Below, one piece after another: positions 1-11,675 of a DNA stretch of 64,000 nucleotides (positions within the stretch are counted from its first letter, which is position 1; every line of letters starts with the position of its first letter). Below the pieces are notes generated by a model that saw only the letters and a list, made by a program, of their open reading frames with translations, was not told the DNA's origin and made no database searches. Source of the DNA: an uncultured Acidobacteriota bacterium (GTDB lineage Bacteria; Acidobacteriota; Thermoanaerobaculia; UBA5066); assembly GCA_963779415.1 (NCBI GenBank), contig CAVZYA010000002.1, positions 1,536,001-1,600,000 of the forward strand. Direction: 5' to 3'. Position numbers and translations under genes: made by a program.

Positions 1-680
1 TCGAAGACGAGGAAGAGGGCGCGCCGGCCGGACGCCTGGCGGCGGATGTTCTCCCCGACGACGAGCGCCGCGATCTCGGCGAGGGCGTCGCGGGAGATCA
101 CCGTCCCCGTGGGATTGAGCGGCGAGTTGATCAGGAGAAGGCGGGCGGTCGCGAGGTGCGGGTGGATCTGGGCGGCGGTCGGAAAGAAGTTCGACGTCTC
201 GTGGACGGTCAGCTCGACGGCGCGCGCCCCCGAAAGGTGAGCGTAGTGGTTGTTGTTCCACGACGGGACGGAGTAGAGGACGACGTCCCCGGGGTCCACG
301 GTCGCCCGGAAGGCGGCGTAGAGGAGCGGGCGTGCCCCCGACGCCACGAGGACGCCGTCGACGGGATACCGGAACCCGTGCTCCCGCGCGACGAAGCCGA
401 CGACGGCCTCCCGCAGCACGGCGAGGCCGTCCGAGGGGGGATAGTTCGTCTCGCCGCGCGCGAGCGCCTCGCGTGTGCCGTCGCGGAGGAGATCCGGGAT
501 CGGGAACTGCGCCGGGTCGAAGTCGCCGACGGTCAGGTTGCAGATCGGAACTCCGGAGGCGATCAGGGCGCGCGCCTCGGCCGCCATCCGGAGGATCTCG
601 GAGCCGACGAGGCCGCAGACGACGGACGAGAGCGAAGCGTCGGTGCTCTCTTCGGGCCCGAAGTCGGGGACGATCTCCAT
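1..680 (-). CDS. PLP-dependent aminotransferase class I/II (runs off window start)
   Basis: Manual translation from ATG 680: NLTVGDFDP...GETNYPPSDGLAVLRE...LINSPLNPTG, typical aspartate-aminotransferase family motifs. Confidence 0.85.
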   Translation of the reverse strand, partial: MEIVPDFGPEESTDASLSSVVCGLVGSEILRMAAEARALIASGVPICNLTVGDFDPAQFPIPDLLRDGTREALARGETNYPPSDGLAVLREAVVGFVAREHGFRYPVDGVLVASGARPLLYAAFRATVDPGDVVLYSVPSWNNNHYAHLSGARAVELTVHETSNFFPTAAQIHPHLATARLLLINSPLNPTGTVISRDALAEIAALVVGENIRRQASGRRALFLVF

Positions 681-729
681 GGCGGCGGAGACTATAGAAG
701 AAATTACCTCCTGCTATCCTCGCGGCCCT

Positions 730-2508
730 ATGCGCTGGTCGAACTACTTCCTCTCCACCCTCCGCGAGGTTCCCGGCGACGCCGAGGTCGTCTCTCACCA
801 GCTCCTCTCCCGCGCCGGGATGATTCAGAAGCTCGCGGCCGGCATCTATTCGTTCACGCCGCTCGGCTTCCGGTCGCTCCGGAAGATGATCGAGATCGTC
901 CGGGAGGAGATGGACCGCTCCGGAGCCCTCGAGGTCGATCTCCCGATCTGCCAGCCGAAGGAGATCTGGGTGGAGTCGGGGCGCTGGGACCGCTACATCA
1001 CCGAGGGGATCCTCTTCCACCTCGAGGACCGCAAGGGCGGCGAGTTCGCGCTCGCGCCGACGGCCGAGGAGGCCGTGACGGACATGGTCCGGCGGTCGGT
1101 CACCTCGTGGCGGCAGCTTCCGTTCAACCTCTACCAGATCCGGACGAAGTTCCGGGACGAGATCCGGCCCCGCTTCGGCCTCCTTCGCGGCCGCGAGTTC
1201 CTGATGAAGGACGCCTACTCCTTCGATCTCGACGCGAAGGGGCTCGACGTCCACTACCGGAAGATGGACGCGGCGTACCGCCGGATCTTCGACCGGTGCG
1301 GCCTCGAGTTCGCGGTCGTCCAGGCCGACTCGGGCGCCATCGGCGGGTCGGCCTCCGAGGAGTTCATGGTCGTCGCCGACACGGGGGAGGACGCGCTCGT
1401 CTTCTCCGAGGAGGGCGACTACGGCGCGAACATCGAGAAGGCCGAGACGGATCCGCTCCCGGAGCCGTGGGCGGGAGAGGAAGCGAGACCGTTTGGCCAG
1501 GCCAACGCGCCTACGCCCGGAATCACGACGTGCGAGGGGCAGGCGACTCACCTCAAGACGAGCGTTTCGCGGATCGTCAAGACGATGATCTTCGAATGGG
1601 TCAGAGGGGACGGCGAGGCGGGGGTCGCGGCGGTGCTGATTCGCGGCGATCTCGACATTAAGGAGGTGAAGCTGCCAAAGGCCCTCGGCGTCAGCCACGC
1701 GAAGCTCGTGTCCGAGGAGAAGCTCCTCAGCATCGCTGGAACCCGACCGGGGTTCGTGGGCCCCATCGGTCTCTCACCCTTCGAAGAAAGACCGGTTCGC
1801 CTCTGGGTGGACCGTTCCCTGGAGAACGCCGTCAACGTCTGGTGTGGAGCCAATCGCGAAGGGCTCCATCACTCGAACGTCTCGATCGCCCGCGACGTCA
1901 GGACGCTGCCCGGCTTCGCGGGAGTCGTGGAAGTCGCCACGGCTCGCGACGGGGACCCGTCTCCGACCGGGAAAGGCGTCCTCCGGGTCAAGCGCGGCAT
2001 CGAGGTCGGCCACATCTTCAAGCTCGGGACGAAGTATTCCGTCGCCATGAAGTGCGAGGTCGCCGACCAGGGCCAGAAGAAGGTCCCGATCGAGATGGGG
2101 TGCTACGGCCTCGGAGTCGGACGGACGGTGGCGGCCGCGATCGAGCAGCACCACGACGACGACGGGATCCTCTGGCCCGTTCCGCTGGCGCCGTTCGGCT
2201 GCGTCGTCGTTTCGCTCCAGAGGGACGCGCCGGTGATCGAGGCGGCCGACCGTCTCTACGACGCGCTGAAGGCCGCGGGCGTCGAGGTCTTCTACGACGA
2301 CCGCGACGAACGGCCCGGCGTGAAGTTCAAGGACGCCGACCTGATCGGCTTTCCCCTCCGCGTCGTCGTGGGAGCCAAGGCGCTCGCGAAAGGGGTCGTC
2401 GAGCTCTCCACGCGCCGCGAGAAGTCGAAGCACGAGATCCCGCCGGATCGGGTCGTCGACGTCGTGCAGAAGACCCTCGCGTCCGGGGCCAGGAGTCTGG
2501 CGATCTGA
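730..2508 (+). CDS. proS: Proline--tRNA ligase
   Basis: MRWSNYFLSTLRE...SHQLLSRAG, FRDEIRPRFGLLRGREFLMKDAYSF, GIEVGHIFKLG, MGCYGLG. Confidence 0.97.
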   Translation: MRWSNYFLSTLREVPGDAEVVSHQLLSRAGMIQKLAAGIYSFTPLGFRSLRKMIEIVREEMDRSGALEVDLPICQPKEIWVESGRWDRYITEGILFHLEDRKGGEFALAPTAEEAVTDMVRRSVTSWRQLPFNLYQIRTKFRDEIRPRFGLLRGREFLMKDAYSFDLDAKGLDVHYRKMDAAYRRIFDRCGLEFAVVQADSGAIGGSASEEFMVVADTGEDALVFSEEGDYGANIEKAETDPLPEPWAGEEARPFGQANAPTPGITTCEGQATHLKTSVSRIVKTMIFEWVRGDGEAGVAAVLIRGDLDIKEVKLPKALGVSHAKLVSEEKLLSIAGTRPGFVGPIGLSPFEERPVRLWVDRSLENAVNVWCGANREGLHHSNVSIARDVRTLPGFAGVVEVATARDGDPSPTGKGVLRVKRGIEVGHIFKLGTKYSVAMKCEVADQGQKKVPIEMGCYGLGVGRTVAAAIEQHHDDDGILWPVPLAPFGCVVVSLQRDAPVIEAADRLYDALKAAGVEVFYDDRDERPGVKFKDADLIGFPLRVVVGAKALAKGVVELSTRREKSKHEIPPDRVVDVVQKTLASGARSLAI

Positions 2509-2618
2509 ATGGCTCCCGGCCGCTGCCGGACGCGCGCTTCGAGGCGGGTTCTAATGCATTCGTACTCTTGAGGTTCGGGTATCCCGCGTATCTAGAATGA
2601 GGTGCAGAAGGGAGACAG

Positions 2619-4874
2619 ATGAGCATCACCAAGCAGGACGCCCTCGACTACCACTCGATGGGGCGAAAAGGAAAGCTGGAGGTCATACCGTCCAAGCCGT
2701 GCGCGACCCAGCGGGACCTCTCGCTCGCCTACACGCCCGGTGTGGCGGAGCCGTGCCTCGAGATCGCGAAGGACCCGGAGCTGGCGTACGAATACACGGG
2801 AAAGGGGAACCTCGTGGCGGTCGTCTCGAACGGCACGGCCGTCCTCGGCCTCGGGGACATCGGCGCGCAGGCGGGCAAGCCGGTCATGGAAGGGAAGGGA
2901 GTCCTCTTCAAGAGATTCGCCGACGTCGACGTCTTCGACATCGAGCTCGAAGAGCATGACCCCGACATGCTCATCGAGGTCGTGGCCCGGCTCGAGCCGA
3001 CCTTCGGCGGGATCAACCTCGAGGACATCAAGGCGCCAGAGTGCTTCTACATCGAGGAGAAGCTGAAGGCCCGGATGAAGATCCCCGTCTTCCACGACGA
3101 CCAGCACGGCACGGCGATCATCTCGGCCGCCGCCTTCCTGAACGCCCTCGAGATCACGAACCGGAAGATCGAGAACGTGAAGGTCGTCTTCTCCGGCGCC
3201 GGCGCCGCTGCCATCGCCTGCGCGAACCTCTACGTCACGTACGGCGTCCGACTCGAGAACATCCTCATGGTCGACCGGACCGGCGTCATCTATACGGGCC
3301 GGACCGAGAACATGAACCCCTACAAGGCGAAGTTCGCACGCGACACGAAGAAGCGGACGATCGACGAGGCGCTCGACGGAGCCGACGCCTTCATCGGCGT
3401 CTCCGCGGCGAAGCTCATCACGGGCGACATGATCAGGAAGATGAGGAAGAATCCGATCGTCTTCGCGATGGCGAACCCCGTGCCGGAGATCCTCCCCGAG
3501 GAGGCGCACGCGGCGCGGCCGGACGTCATCATGGCGACCGGCCGGTCCGATTACCCGAACCAGGTCAACAACGTCCTCGGCTTCCCCTTCATCTTCCGGG
3601 GCGCGCTCGACTGCCGCGCCACGCAGATCAACGAGGCGATGAAGCTGGCCGCCTCGAAGGCGCTCGCCTCCCTCGCGAAGGAGGACGTGCCCGACTCCGT
3701 CGCGCGGGCGTACGGCGTGGAAAGCTTCAAGTTCGGGAAGGAGTACCTCATCCCGAAGCCGTTCGACTGGCGTGTCCTGATGTGGGTCGCCCCGGCGGTC
3801 GCGGAGGCGGCGGCGCAGACGGGCGTCGCGAAGAGGCCGATCAAGGACCTCGAAGCTTACCGGACGAAGCTGGAGGGGATGCTCTCCCGCGCCCGCTCCT
3901 TCATGCAGATCATCCACGAAAAGGCGAAGTCGAACCCCAAGCGGGTCGTGATGGCCGAAGGCGACAACCCGAAGATCCAGCGTGCCGCCAAGATCCTCGC
4001 CGAGGAGGGAATCGCCCACCCGATCCTCCTGTCGCGCGACAAGAAGGCCGAGGAAGCCCTCCGGAACCTCGAGGTGAGCGCCCACGTGGAGGTCGTCGAC
4101 CCGGAAGAGCACCCGAAGTTCGAGAAGTACGTCGACGCGTTCTGGGAGAAGCGGAAGCGCCAGGGGGTGACGAAGGAGGACGCGTATCACATGTTGCGCG
4201 TCCGGAATTTCTTCGCCGGGATGATGGTGGCCGAGGGGGACGCCGACGTGGCGCTCTCGGGCCTGACGACGTACTACCCCGAGACGATCCGGCCGGCCCT
4301 TCTGACGATCGGCGTGGCGCCGGGGACGAAGAAAGTCTCGGGGCTCTACATTCTCGTCCTTCAGGACCGCGTCTTCTTCTTCGCCGACACCACCGTCAAC
4401 ATCAACCCGTCGGCCGAAGACCTCGCGGAGATCGCCATCCAGTCGGCCGAGACGGCGAAGCTCTTCAACATCACCCCCCGCGTCGCGATGATCGCCTTCT
4501 CCAACTTCGGCTCCACGCGTTCGCCGGAGACCGACAAGGTGCGCGAGGCGGTGAGGATCGTCCACCAGCGGCGGCCGGACATCGAGTGCGACGGCGAGAT
4601 GCAGGCCGACACGGCCGTCCTCCCCGACTTCCTGAAGAACGAATACCCCTGGGCGGCCCTCAAGGGCCCCCCGAACGTCCTCGTCTTCCCGGAGCTGCAG
4701 AGCGCCAACGCCGCCTACAAGCTGGTCTGGCGGCTCGCGAAGGCCGAGGCGATCGGACCGATCCTGATGGGGATGGGGAAGCCCGTCCACGTCCTCCAGC
4801 GCGGCGTCGAGGTGGCCGACATCGTCAACATGGCGGCCTTCGGCGTCGTGGACGCGCAGTCCCGGAAGAAGTAG
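2619..4874 (+). CDS. maeB: NADP-dependent malic enzyme with phosphotransacetylase-like domain
   Basis: [30 protein letters not shown]-terminal PTA domain (DGEMQAD). Confidence 0.96.
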   Translation: MSITKQDALDYHSMGRKGKLEVIPSKPCATQRDLSLAYTPGVAEPCLEIAKDPELAYEYTGKGNLVAVVSNGTAVLGLGDIGAQAGKPVMEGKGVLFKRFADVDVFDIELEEHDPDMLIEVVARLEPTFGGINLEDIKAPECFYIEEKLKARMKIPVFHDDQHGTAIISAAAFLNALEITNRKIENVKVVFSGAGAAAIACANLYVTYGVRLENILMVDRTGVIYTGRTENMNPYKAKFARDTKKRTIDEALDGADAFIGVSAAKLITGDMIRKMRKNPIVFAMANPVPEILPEEAHAARPDVIMATGRSDYPNQVNNVLGFPFIFRGALDCRATQINEAMKLAASKALASLAKEDVPDSVARAYGVESFKFGKEYLIPKPFDWRVLMWVAPAVAEAAAQTGVAKRPIKDLEAYRTKLEGMLSRARSFMQIIHEKAKSNPKRVVMAEGDNPKIQRAAKILAEEGIAHPILLSRDKKAEEALRNLEVSAHVEVVDPEEHPKFEKYVDAFWEKRKRQGVTKEDAYHMLRVRNFFAGMMVAEGDADVALSGLTTYYPETIRPALLTIGVAPGTKKVSGLYILVLQDRVFFFADTTVNINPSAEDLAEIAIQSAETAKLFNITPRVAMIAFSNFGSTRSPETDKVREAVRIVHQRRPDIECDGEMQADTAVLPDFLKNEYPWAALKGPPNVLVFPELQSANAAYKLVWRLAKAEAIGPILMGMGKPVHVLQRGVEVADIVNMAAFGVVDAQSRKK

Positions 4875-4905
4875 ACGCCGGCCTTCCGTCCGTTACGATG
4901 GGCCC

Positions 4906-6129
4906 GTGGGTCTTCCCGCGGGCCTCTTTCTTTTCCTCTCGGCGGCGGCGCTTCCGCCGCTCTTCGACGCGCTCGGACGCCTGCGGCGGGCCGAGGCGTT
5001 TCGGCCGCGAGAAGTCCCCGGACGAAGGCCGGAACGCATCCTCGCGCTCGTCCCGGCGCGGGCCGAAGGGGACCGGATGATTCCTCTCTGCCGGGATCTC
5101 GCGCGCGAGGCGGCGGCCGCCGCGGTCCACGTCGAGACGCTCGTAATCCTCGACGGGGCGGACCCGGCCGCCGAGGCGGCTCTCGGGGCCGAGTCGGTCC
5201 CCTTCTCGTGAAGAGCCCGGCGAGGCCCCTCGAAAGGGGAGGCGCTCGCCTTCGCCGCGAGCGTTCTCGCCGCCCGGACGCCGGACCCCGTTTCGGAAGC
5301 GTCCTTCGTCATGGTCTTCGACGCCGACATGCGGCTCGAAGAAGGATTCTTCTCCCGGCTCGCCGTCCCGGAGGGAACGGAGGCGTTCCAGCTCCCGGTC
5401 CGTCCGGCCGGGATCCCGGCCTCCGGTCCCGCTCGCGTCGAAGCGTTCTCCCTTGCGGCGGCAACGCGCGTCGAGGATCTCGCACGGGACGGTGAGGGGC
5501 TCCCCGTCCGCCTTCGCGGCAAGGCGATGGGCTTCTCCCCGCGGGCATGGCGCGAAGGGCCCGCGGCGGCACGAAGGACGACGGCGGAAGACTCGGAGGC
5601 GACGCTCCGGCTCCTCGCGAGCGGCTTCCGTATCCGCGCTCTTCCGGCGCCGCTCGCCTTCGACGAGGCCGCGGGTGACGCCGGTACCCTCGCGCGTCCG
5701 CGCGCCCGGTGGTTCGGGGGGCACCTGAAGCTTCTCGTGAGCGGCGCGGCCGATCTCGTCCGGATCGCCCTCCGGAGCCCGCGGTCGGCATTCGTCCTCG
5801 GGGCGGACCTCTGGCTCCGGCCGCGGGCGCTCGTCCTCGGCTTCCTCTCGCTCATGGCGCTCTTCTCCGACATCGCGCTCGTCGTCCTCGCGCTCCGCGG
5901 GGAGACGGCGTCGCTCGTGCCGCCGCTTCTCGCCTCGGCCCTCTCGAAGGCCGCCCTCGTCCTCGAGGTCCGCGCGTCGGGCGCGGCGCGGGAGGTCCTC
6001 GGAACTCCCCCGGAGGTGCCGCACGTCTCCGCGCGCGATCTGGCCGCTTTCGCCGGAGTCTGGCTGCGAGCGCTGGGGGGCGCCCTGCGATCGCCCGGCG
6101 GCTGGCACCGGGCGAGGCGGGAAGCGTGA
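4906..6129 (+). CDS. Glycosyltransferase family 2-like membrane protein, frameshifted near 5208
   Basis: LVPARAE, VFDAD, AED and RARW motifs split over ORFs 4906-5211 and 5311-6129. Confidence 0.6.
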
Positions 6130-7280
6130 AGGTGCTTCTCGTCGTTCCACGACTCCCGGGGACGGGGCACACCGGGGACCGCCTTCGCGCGGAGATTCAC
6201 CTGACGGCGCTCCGCGAGGCCGGCTTTCGGGTGACGGTTGCCGGCGGGGCTTCTCTTGACAGGGCGGCAGACGTGCCGGAAGCGGAGCGGACGATCCGCG
6301 TGGCGCAGCCGTTTCTCGCGAAGGCGGTGGGCCTCGTCCGGATGCTCGTCTCGGGCGCGCCGCTCCAATCGGCTCTCTTTTCCGGACCGTGGCGGGAGCC
6401 GCTCGCGTCCGGAGGACCGTTCGATCTCGTCGTCCTTCTCCTGCCGCAGCGCCTCTTTCCTCACCTTTCCGGCGCCCTCCCGGCAGGGCCCCTCGTCGTC
6501 GATTACGTCGACGCGCTCGGAGCGGCCGCGCGGCAGGCGGGCGAGCGGGATCCGGCCCTCTGGCGCCGTCTCTACTGGCGGTTCGAGGCGCCGAGGCTCG
6601 CACGGGTCGAAGCGGCCGCGGCCCTTCCGGCACGCGTCCTCGTCGCGACCACCTCCTTCGACGCGGGAGAGCTTCCGGCCGGGACGACCGTCGTCGCGAA
6701 CGGAGTCGCCATCGGCCCGGCGCCGGCGGGCGCGCGGGGGCCCGTCGTGGCCTTCACCGGCCGGCTGCGGTACCGTCCGAACGAACTGGCCGTGAGACAG
6801 CTCGTCCGGGAGATCTGGCCGCGGGTGAGGCGCGAGGCGCCGGAGGCTCGTCTCCTCCTCGGCGGGGCCGAGGCTCCGCGCGAGCTCTTCGGCTTCCACG
6901 GCGAGGGAGGGATCGACGTCACGAGTCCTGTCGAGGAGATGGCGACCTTCCTGCGCGGGGCGCGCGTCGCCGCGGTTCCCGTCTCGCTGGGGACCGGGAC
7001 GCCGAACAAGATCTTCGAGGCATTCGAAGCGGGATGCGCCGTCGTCGCGACGCCGGAAGCGGTCGCGCGTGCCACCTCGGACGGCATTCCGCCCCCCGCC
7101 CGTGTCGCTGCGACGCCGGAGGAGTTCGCCTCGGCTCTTCTGGGGTACCTGCGCGACGCCCGGAAGGCTGCGGAGGACGGGAGCCGCGGGCGCGCGTGGG
7201 TCGAGGCGCACGCGGACCGGCGACGGGCCGTCGCCGCGCTGGTCGCGGCCTACGGCCGGGCGGCGGGGGGGAGCGCATGA
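6126..7280 (+). CDS. Glycosyltransferase family 4
   Basis: VVANGV, FTGRLRYRPN, GTGTPNKIFEAFEAGCAVVAT; GTG overlaps upstream stop. Confidence 0.88.
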   Translation: MKVLLVVPRLPGTGHTGDRLRAEIHLTALREAGFRVTVAGGASLDRAADVPEAERTIRVAQPFLAKAVGLVRMLVSGAPLQSALFSGPWREPLASGGPFDLVVLLLPQRLFPHLSGALPAGPLVVDYVDALGAAARQAGERDPALWRRLYWRFEAPRLARVEAAAALPARVLVATTSFDAGELPAGTTVVANGVAIGPAPAGARGPVVAFTGRLRYRPNELAVRQLVREIWPRVRREAPEARLLLGGAEAPRELFGFHGEGGIDVTSPVEEMATFLRGARVAAVPVSLGTGTPNKIFEAFEAGCAVVATPEAVARATSDGIPPPARVAATPEEFASALLGYLRDARKAAEDGSRGRAWVEAHADRRRAVAALVAAYGRAAGGSA

Positions 7281-8656
7281 AGCCGCGCGGACGCGAGGGA
7301 CGGCGGCTCCTTCTCATGGTGGGGGACGCCGGCGTCTCGCTCCTCGTCTTCGCGGTGGTCGTCTGGCTGCGCCGTCACGTCCCCCTCCCGTTCACGTCGT
7401 CGCTCCTTCCGGAGGAGAAGCTTCCTCTCGACGTCTTTCCGTGGCTCGCGGGGCTCGCGGCATCGACTCTCCTCGCGACGTCGCTCGCGGGGACGTACGA
7501 CGAGCCGCCGGCGTCGGTCCGCGAGCGCGGCGGCCTCCTCGTCTCCGCGCTCCTCGCGGGAACCGGCCTCGTCCCGCTCTACTTCCTGGCCGGTCTCGCC
7601 GTGCCACGATCGGTGCTCCTCATCTTCGCACCGGCCGTCTGGCTCGCCCTCGAGGTCTGGCGGTTCGTCGCGGAGCAGCTCGTCCCGATCGGTATCCGCC
7701 CCGTCGTCGTTCTCGGCGGGGGCGAGGACGCACGGCGCGCGGCGACGGCACTGAAGGCGGGAGAGATCACGGGTCACCGTCTGCATCGGTGGCGCGAGGA
7801 GCTTTCGGGTCTCCGCCCGGGAGCTTCCGAAGGCGGGAGAATCCTCCCGGACGGAGCGCTTGCCGCTCTTCTCCCGGCCGAAGGGCCATCGGATGTCGTC
7901 TTCGCGTCGGCGCTATTGGAGGACCGGCTGGTCCTGATCGGCCTTCTCGAGCGAAGCCTCGAGCACGATTTCGACCTCTGGATCCTCCCGGGTCTCGCGG
8001 ACGTCGTCGCCTCGCGCGTCGTGACGCGAAGCCTCGGCGACCTTCCGCTCACCCCCGTCGGGACGCGCGGCGCCTCCCTGACGGCGGGCGTCCTGCGGCG
8101 CGTCGTCGACCTGACGCTCGGCACGGCGCTTCTCGTCCTCTCCCTTCCGTTTCTCGCCCTGGCGAGCGCGGCCGTCGCGCTCGAGAGCCCGGGCGCCCCC
8201 TGGCTCCGGCAGCGCCGGGTGGGGCGGCACGGGGTGGAATTCGACCTCTGGAAGCTCCGGACGATGCGCCGGGCGGCCGAGGTGGGCACGGGCCCGACTC
8301 TCGCCGCGCCGGACGACGAGCGGACGACCCGCATCGGCCGGCTGCTCCGGAAGACACGCCTCGACGAGCTCCCGCAGCTTCTTCACGTCGTCGGGGGGAC
8401 GATGAGCCTCATCGGGCCGCGGCCGGAGCGGCCGGAGTTCGTCGCGTCGTTCTCGCGTGACGTCCCCGCCTACCGTCTCCGCCTCGTTCTCAAGCCCGGC
8501 ATCACGGGCCTCGCGCAGGTGATGGGGGCGTACGCCACGAAGCCCGATGTGAAGCTCCGGTACGACCTCGGCTACCTCTTCCACTGGAGCCCGTTCCTCG
8601 ACCTCTTCATCCTCCTCCGCACCGTCGCGACGGTCCTGAAGGGGACGGGGGTCTAG
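7277..8656 (+). CDS. Polyprenyl-phosphate glycosylphosphotransferase (WcaJ-like priming sugar transferase)
   Basis: KLRTM, RKTRLDELPQL, MSLIGPRPERP, KPGITGLAQV. Confidence 0.92.
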   Translation: MKPRGREGRRLLLMVGDAGVSLLVFAVVVWLRRHVPLPFTSSLLPEEKLPLDVFPWLAGLAASTLLATSLAGTYDEPPASVRERGGLLVSALLAGTGLVPLYFLAGLAVPRSVLLIFAPAVWLALEVWRFVAEQLVPIGIRPVVVLGGGEDARRAATALKAGEITGHRLHRWREELSGLRPGASEGGRILPDGALAALLPAEGPSDVVFASALLEDRLVLIGLLERSLEHDFDLWILPGLADVVASRVVTRSLGDLPLTPVGTRGASLTAGVLRRVVDLTLGTALLVLSLPFLALASAAVALESPGAPWLRQRRVGRHGVEFDLWKLRTMRRAAEVGTGPTLAAPDDERTTRIGRLLRKTRLDELPQLLHVVGGTMSLIGPRPERPEFVASFSRDVPAYRLRLVLKPGITGLAQVMGAYATKPDVKLRYDLGYLFHWSPFLDLFILLRTVATVLKGTGV

Positions 8657-8657
8657 G

Positions 8658-10541
8658 CTAGAGCTTCGGCGTCAGCCCGTCGGGAAGATCGGGGGTGCGG
8701 CCGCCCTTCGGCAGCGCCGCCGCGGCCTCGCCGATCGAGCGGAGGAGCGCACCACGGTCCGCCGTGGGCGGGAGCATCTCCGCGAGGGAGGGGAGGATCC
8801 AGACGCTGCGCCGGAAGAAGGCGGCGGCCTTCTCCGGGTGGCCGCCGGCGAGGACGACGAGCCCGAGGTTGAAATCGGTCTCCCCCCGCTCCTCGATCGA
8901 GAGCGATCGGGCGTAGGCGAGAAAAGCGTTCTCCCAGTCCTCGTCGATCCGGTACGTCGACCCGAGGGCGATCCAGGCCGTCGGGCTCATGGGACGAAGG
9001 GCGAGGGCCCTCTTCAATTGTCGCCGTGCGGAGTCGTTCAGCTCGCTCCGCGCGGCCCCCTGGAAGACGGGCGTCGCCTGGAGCCGCAGCTCACCGTCTG
9101 CCTGCAGGGAGACCGCGGCGATGCGGACCGCCGCCGTGCCGAAGAGGAGAAGGGCGGCAAGGCCGAGCGCGACGGAGAGGCGGGGAGCGGCGGGAGGCTC
9201 CGCCTTCGCCGGCCGCAGCCCCACGCGTGCGCTGAGCCCGAGAGCGTATGCGGCCGGTCCTACGGAGAGGGCGAGCCGGAGCGGAAAGCTCGCCACCGAG
9301 AGGACCGCGAAGGACGCGAGAAGCGCGAGGAGCGTGTCGGGAGGCAGATCTCCGATCGCGCTTCCGTCCGCCTTCCTCACGGACGCCACGAAAAGCCCGA
9401 CAGCGGTGGTCCCGAGCAGGACGAGCCCGAGCGCCGCGGCCGGAAGCCCGCTCTCTGCGGCGATCGTGAGTGCCTCGTCGTGCGCGTTGTCGAAGTGCGC
9501 GAGCCCGGAGTCGTGCCGGAATCTCCGGCCGGCGCGCTCTTCGGCCCGAAGCCTCGCGGGGATGAAGGCGTTCTCGAACGCTCCCGGCCCGACGCCGAGA
9601 AGAGGCCTCGCGCGGATCATCTCGAGCGCCGAGAGGACTCCGATGTCCCGCTGGGTGGAGGCGGTCGCGGCATGGCCGCTTCGGAATTCCCGGATCTTCG
9701 TGAGGATCCGTTGCCCCGTGCCCGTCGCGACGGTCGCCCCGACGAGGAGGAGCGCGGCGGCGACCAGAGGGCGCCATCGGTGCCGGAGGTCGAGAATCGG
9801 GTAGAGGACGACCGCCGCCGCGACCGCGACGAGGGGGGAGATCGCCTCCGTCGCGCCGAGGCCAACGAGCGTCGCCCCGAGGCCGGCCCCGTAGAGGAGG
9901 CGCTTTCGGACGCCGGCCGCGGAGGTGAGGCCGATCCAGAGGAGGACCGTGGGGGCGACGAGCGCCGCCCCGACGTCTCCGGGGTTTCCAATGAGCGCCG
10001 CGGCCTGGAAGCGCGGCTCCGGGGCGTCCATCGCGATGATCCGAAGCACCCCGAGGAACCGCTGCGCCGCGGCGAGGATTCCCGTCGCCACGCCGACGGC
10101 CATCAGCGAGAGGAAGACCCGCGGAGCGGCAGCGCCCCCGGCCGTCGAGGCGCCGACGACGACGAGCGCGAGGGGCGCGAGGACCGCGACGGAGGTGAGA
10201 GGGTCGACGCGCGACGCGTTCGCGAATGCCGAGAGGAGCGCGAAGAGAAGAGCGCCGGCGAGAGCGGCGAGGCCGGTACGGGCGATCGGAGCGAGCTCCC
10301 GAAGCGAGGGCATCGGGTTTCGCCGGCGCGCGGCGATGCCAAGGCCGAGGAGGGCGAAGGAGGCCCCGGCCGCCTGGAAGGCTAGCTTGCCGTCCCTCAG
10401 CTGCTCGGGCGAGTCGGCGAGCCAGAGGACAAAGGAAATGGCGAGCGAAAAGACGAGGCCGAGCGTGACGAGAAGCTCCCCGGCCGTCGGCACGGCCGGG
10501 GAGGCCGGTGCGACCACGCGAGGAGTCGGCCTTCGCGGCAT
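8658..10541 (-). CDS. O-antigen ligase family protein with C-terminal TPR
   Basis: Multiple TM helices, GNP motif, PLLGVGPGAF, NAHDE, TPR-like C-terminus; start approximate. Confidence 0.8.
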   Translation of the reverse strand: MPRRPTPRVVAPASPAVPTAGELLVTLGLVFSLAISFVLWLADSPEQLRDGKLAFQAAGASFALLGLGIAARRRNPMPSLRELAPIARTGLAALAGALLFALLSAFANASRVDPLTSVAVLAPLALVVVGASTAGGAAAPRVFLSLMAVGVATGILAAAQRFLGVLRIIAMDAPEPRFQAAALIGNPGDVGAALVAPTVLLWIGLTSAAGVRKRLLYGAGLGATLVGLGATEAISPLVAVAAAVVLYPILDLRHRWRPLVAAALLLVGATVATGTGQRILTKIREFRSGHAATASTQRDIGVLSALEMIRARPLLGVGPGAFENAFIPARLRAEERAGRRFRHDSGLAHFDNAHDEALTIAAESGLPAAALGLVLLGTTAVGLFVASVRKADGSAIGDLPPDTLLALLASFAVLSVASFPLRLALSVGPAAYALGLSARVGLRPAKAEPPAAPRLSVALGLAALLLFGTAAVRIAAVSLQADGELRLQATPVFQGAARSELNDSARRQLKRALALRPMSPTAWIALGSTYRIDEDWENAFLAYARSLSIEERGETDFNLGLVVLAGGHPEKAAAFFRRSVWILPSLAEMLPPTADRGALLRSIGEAAAALPKGGRTPDLPDGLTPKL

Positions 10542-10570
10542 CGAACGGAGGATAGCGTGGCGGCTCCGGA

Positions 10571-11675
10571 TCAACTTCCCGGAGCGGAACGGTTGAGGAG
10601 CCCGAGGATCTTCAGAAGAAGGCCGCCGTGTTCATGGCGTGCAATTTCGCTCTCGCGAAGCAGCAGGGTTCTCCGGCGAGACCGCCCGCGTGACGTTCGG
10701 TGACGCGCGTCGTGGAAATGGTGGTGAGAGGTCAATGTCGTCTTTTCTTCGACGGTAAAGACATCCACGACATAGCGCCGGTCCAGTACGGAGTGGCGGA
10801 GCTCGCCGAGCTGCTCGAGCGCTTCGACCGCCCGGCCCGTAACGTCTTTCCACCCTTTTCGAAGAACCTCGGCAGGCCGGTGCCGTGCCGGGACGCGGAA
10901 GAGAGGGACGGACAGGTGGCCTCGGACGATCTCGTCGTCCTCGACCAGGAGGAGACGGCCTCGTCTCCTCGCGACGCCGGCCACGAGGCGGATCCTCGTC
11001 ACGGCCTTCCGCTTCGGCCTCCGCGGATACGACTCGGGCGAGCCGCTCGCCCGCCCGCGGCAGCGCTTCCGGAGAGGGCAGCCGCCGCAGCGCGGGGCGC
11101 GCGGCGTGCAGACGAGGGCGCCGAGCTCCATCAGGGCCTGGTTCCGGTCGCCGGGTGCGCGCGAGGAGACGAGCGGACGGGCGAGGGCCCGGACTCGCGC
11201 GAGAGTCGCGGAGGCCTTCGGATCGAGATGGAGGCCGTGAAGACGGCAGAGGACCCGGACGACGTTGCCGTCCACGACGGGCTCCGGGACGCCGAAGGCG
11301 ATCGAGGCGACCGCGGCGGCCGTGTAGGCGCCGACGCCCGGGAGGGCGCGGAGCCCCTCGACGGTGCGCGGAAAGCCCCCCGCGCGGACGAGGTTCCTGG
11401 CCGCCCGGTGGAGGTTCTTCGCCCGGGCGTAGTAGCCGAGACCGCTCCATTCCGCGAGGACGTCGCGCCCGGGGGCGGCGGCGAGCGCCTCGACGGAAGG
11501 AAACCGCTCGAGAAAGCGGTGATATCGCGTCCTGACGGTCGCAACCGCCGTCTGCTGAAGCATCACCTCGGAAAGCCAGATCGCATACGGATCGCGCGTC
11601 CGCCGCCACGGCAGATCGCGCCGTCGGCGGCGGTACCAGGCAAGGAGAGGCGCGCGCGAGCCCGGCGTCAGTCAA
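10571..11675 (-). CDS. mutY: A/G-specific adenine glycosylase (apparent frameshift near 11650)
   Basis: DLPWRRTRDPYAIWLSEVMLQQT, WSGLGYYARA, LPGVGAYTAAA, C-x6-C-x2-C-x5-C Fe-S motif. Confidence 0.9.
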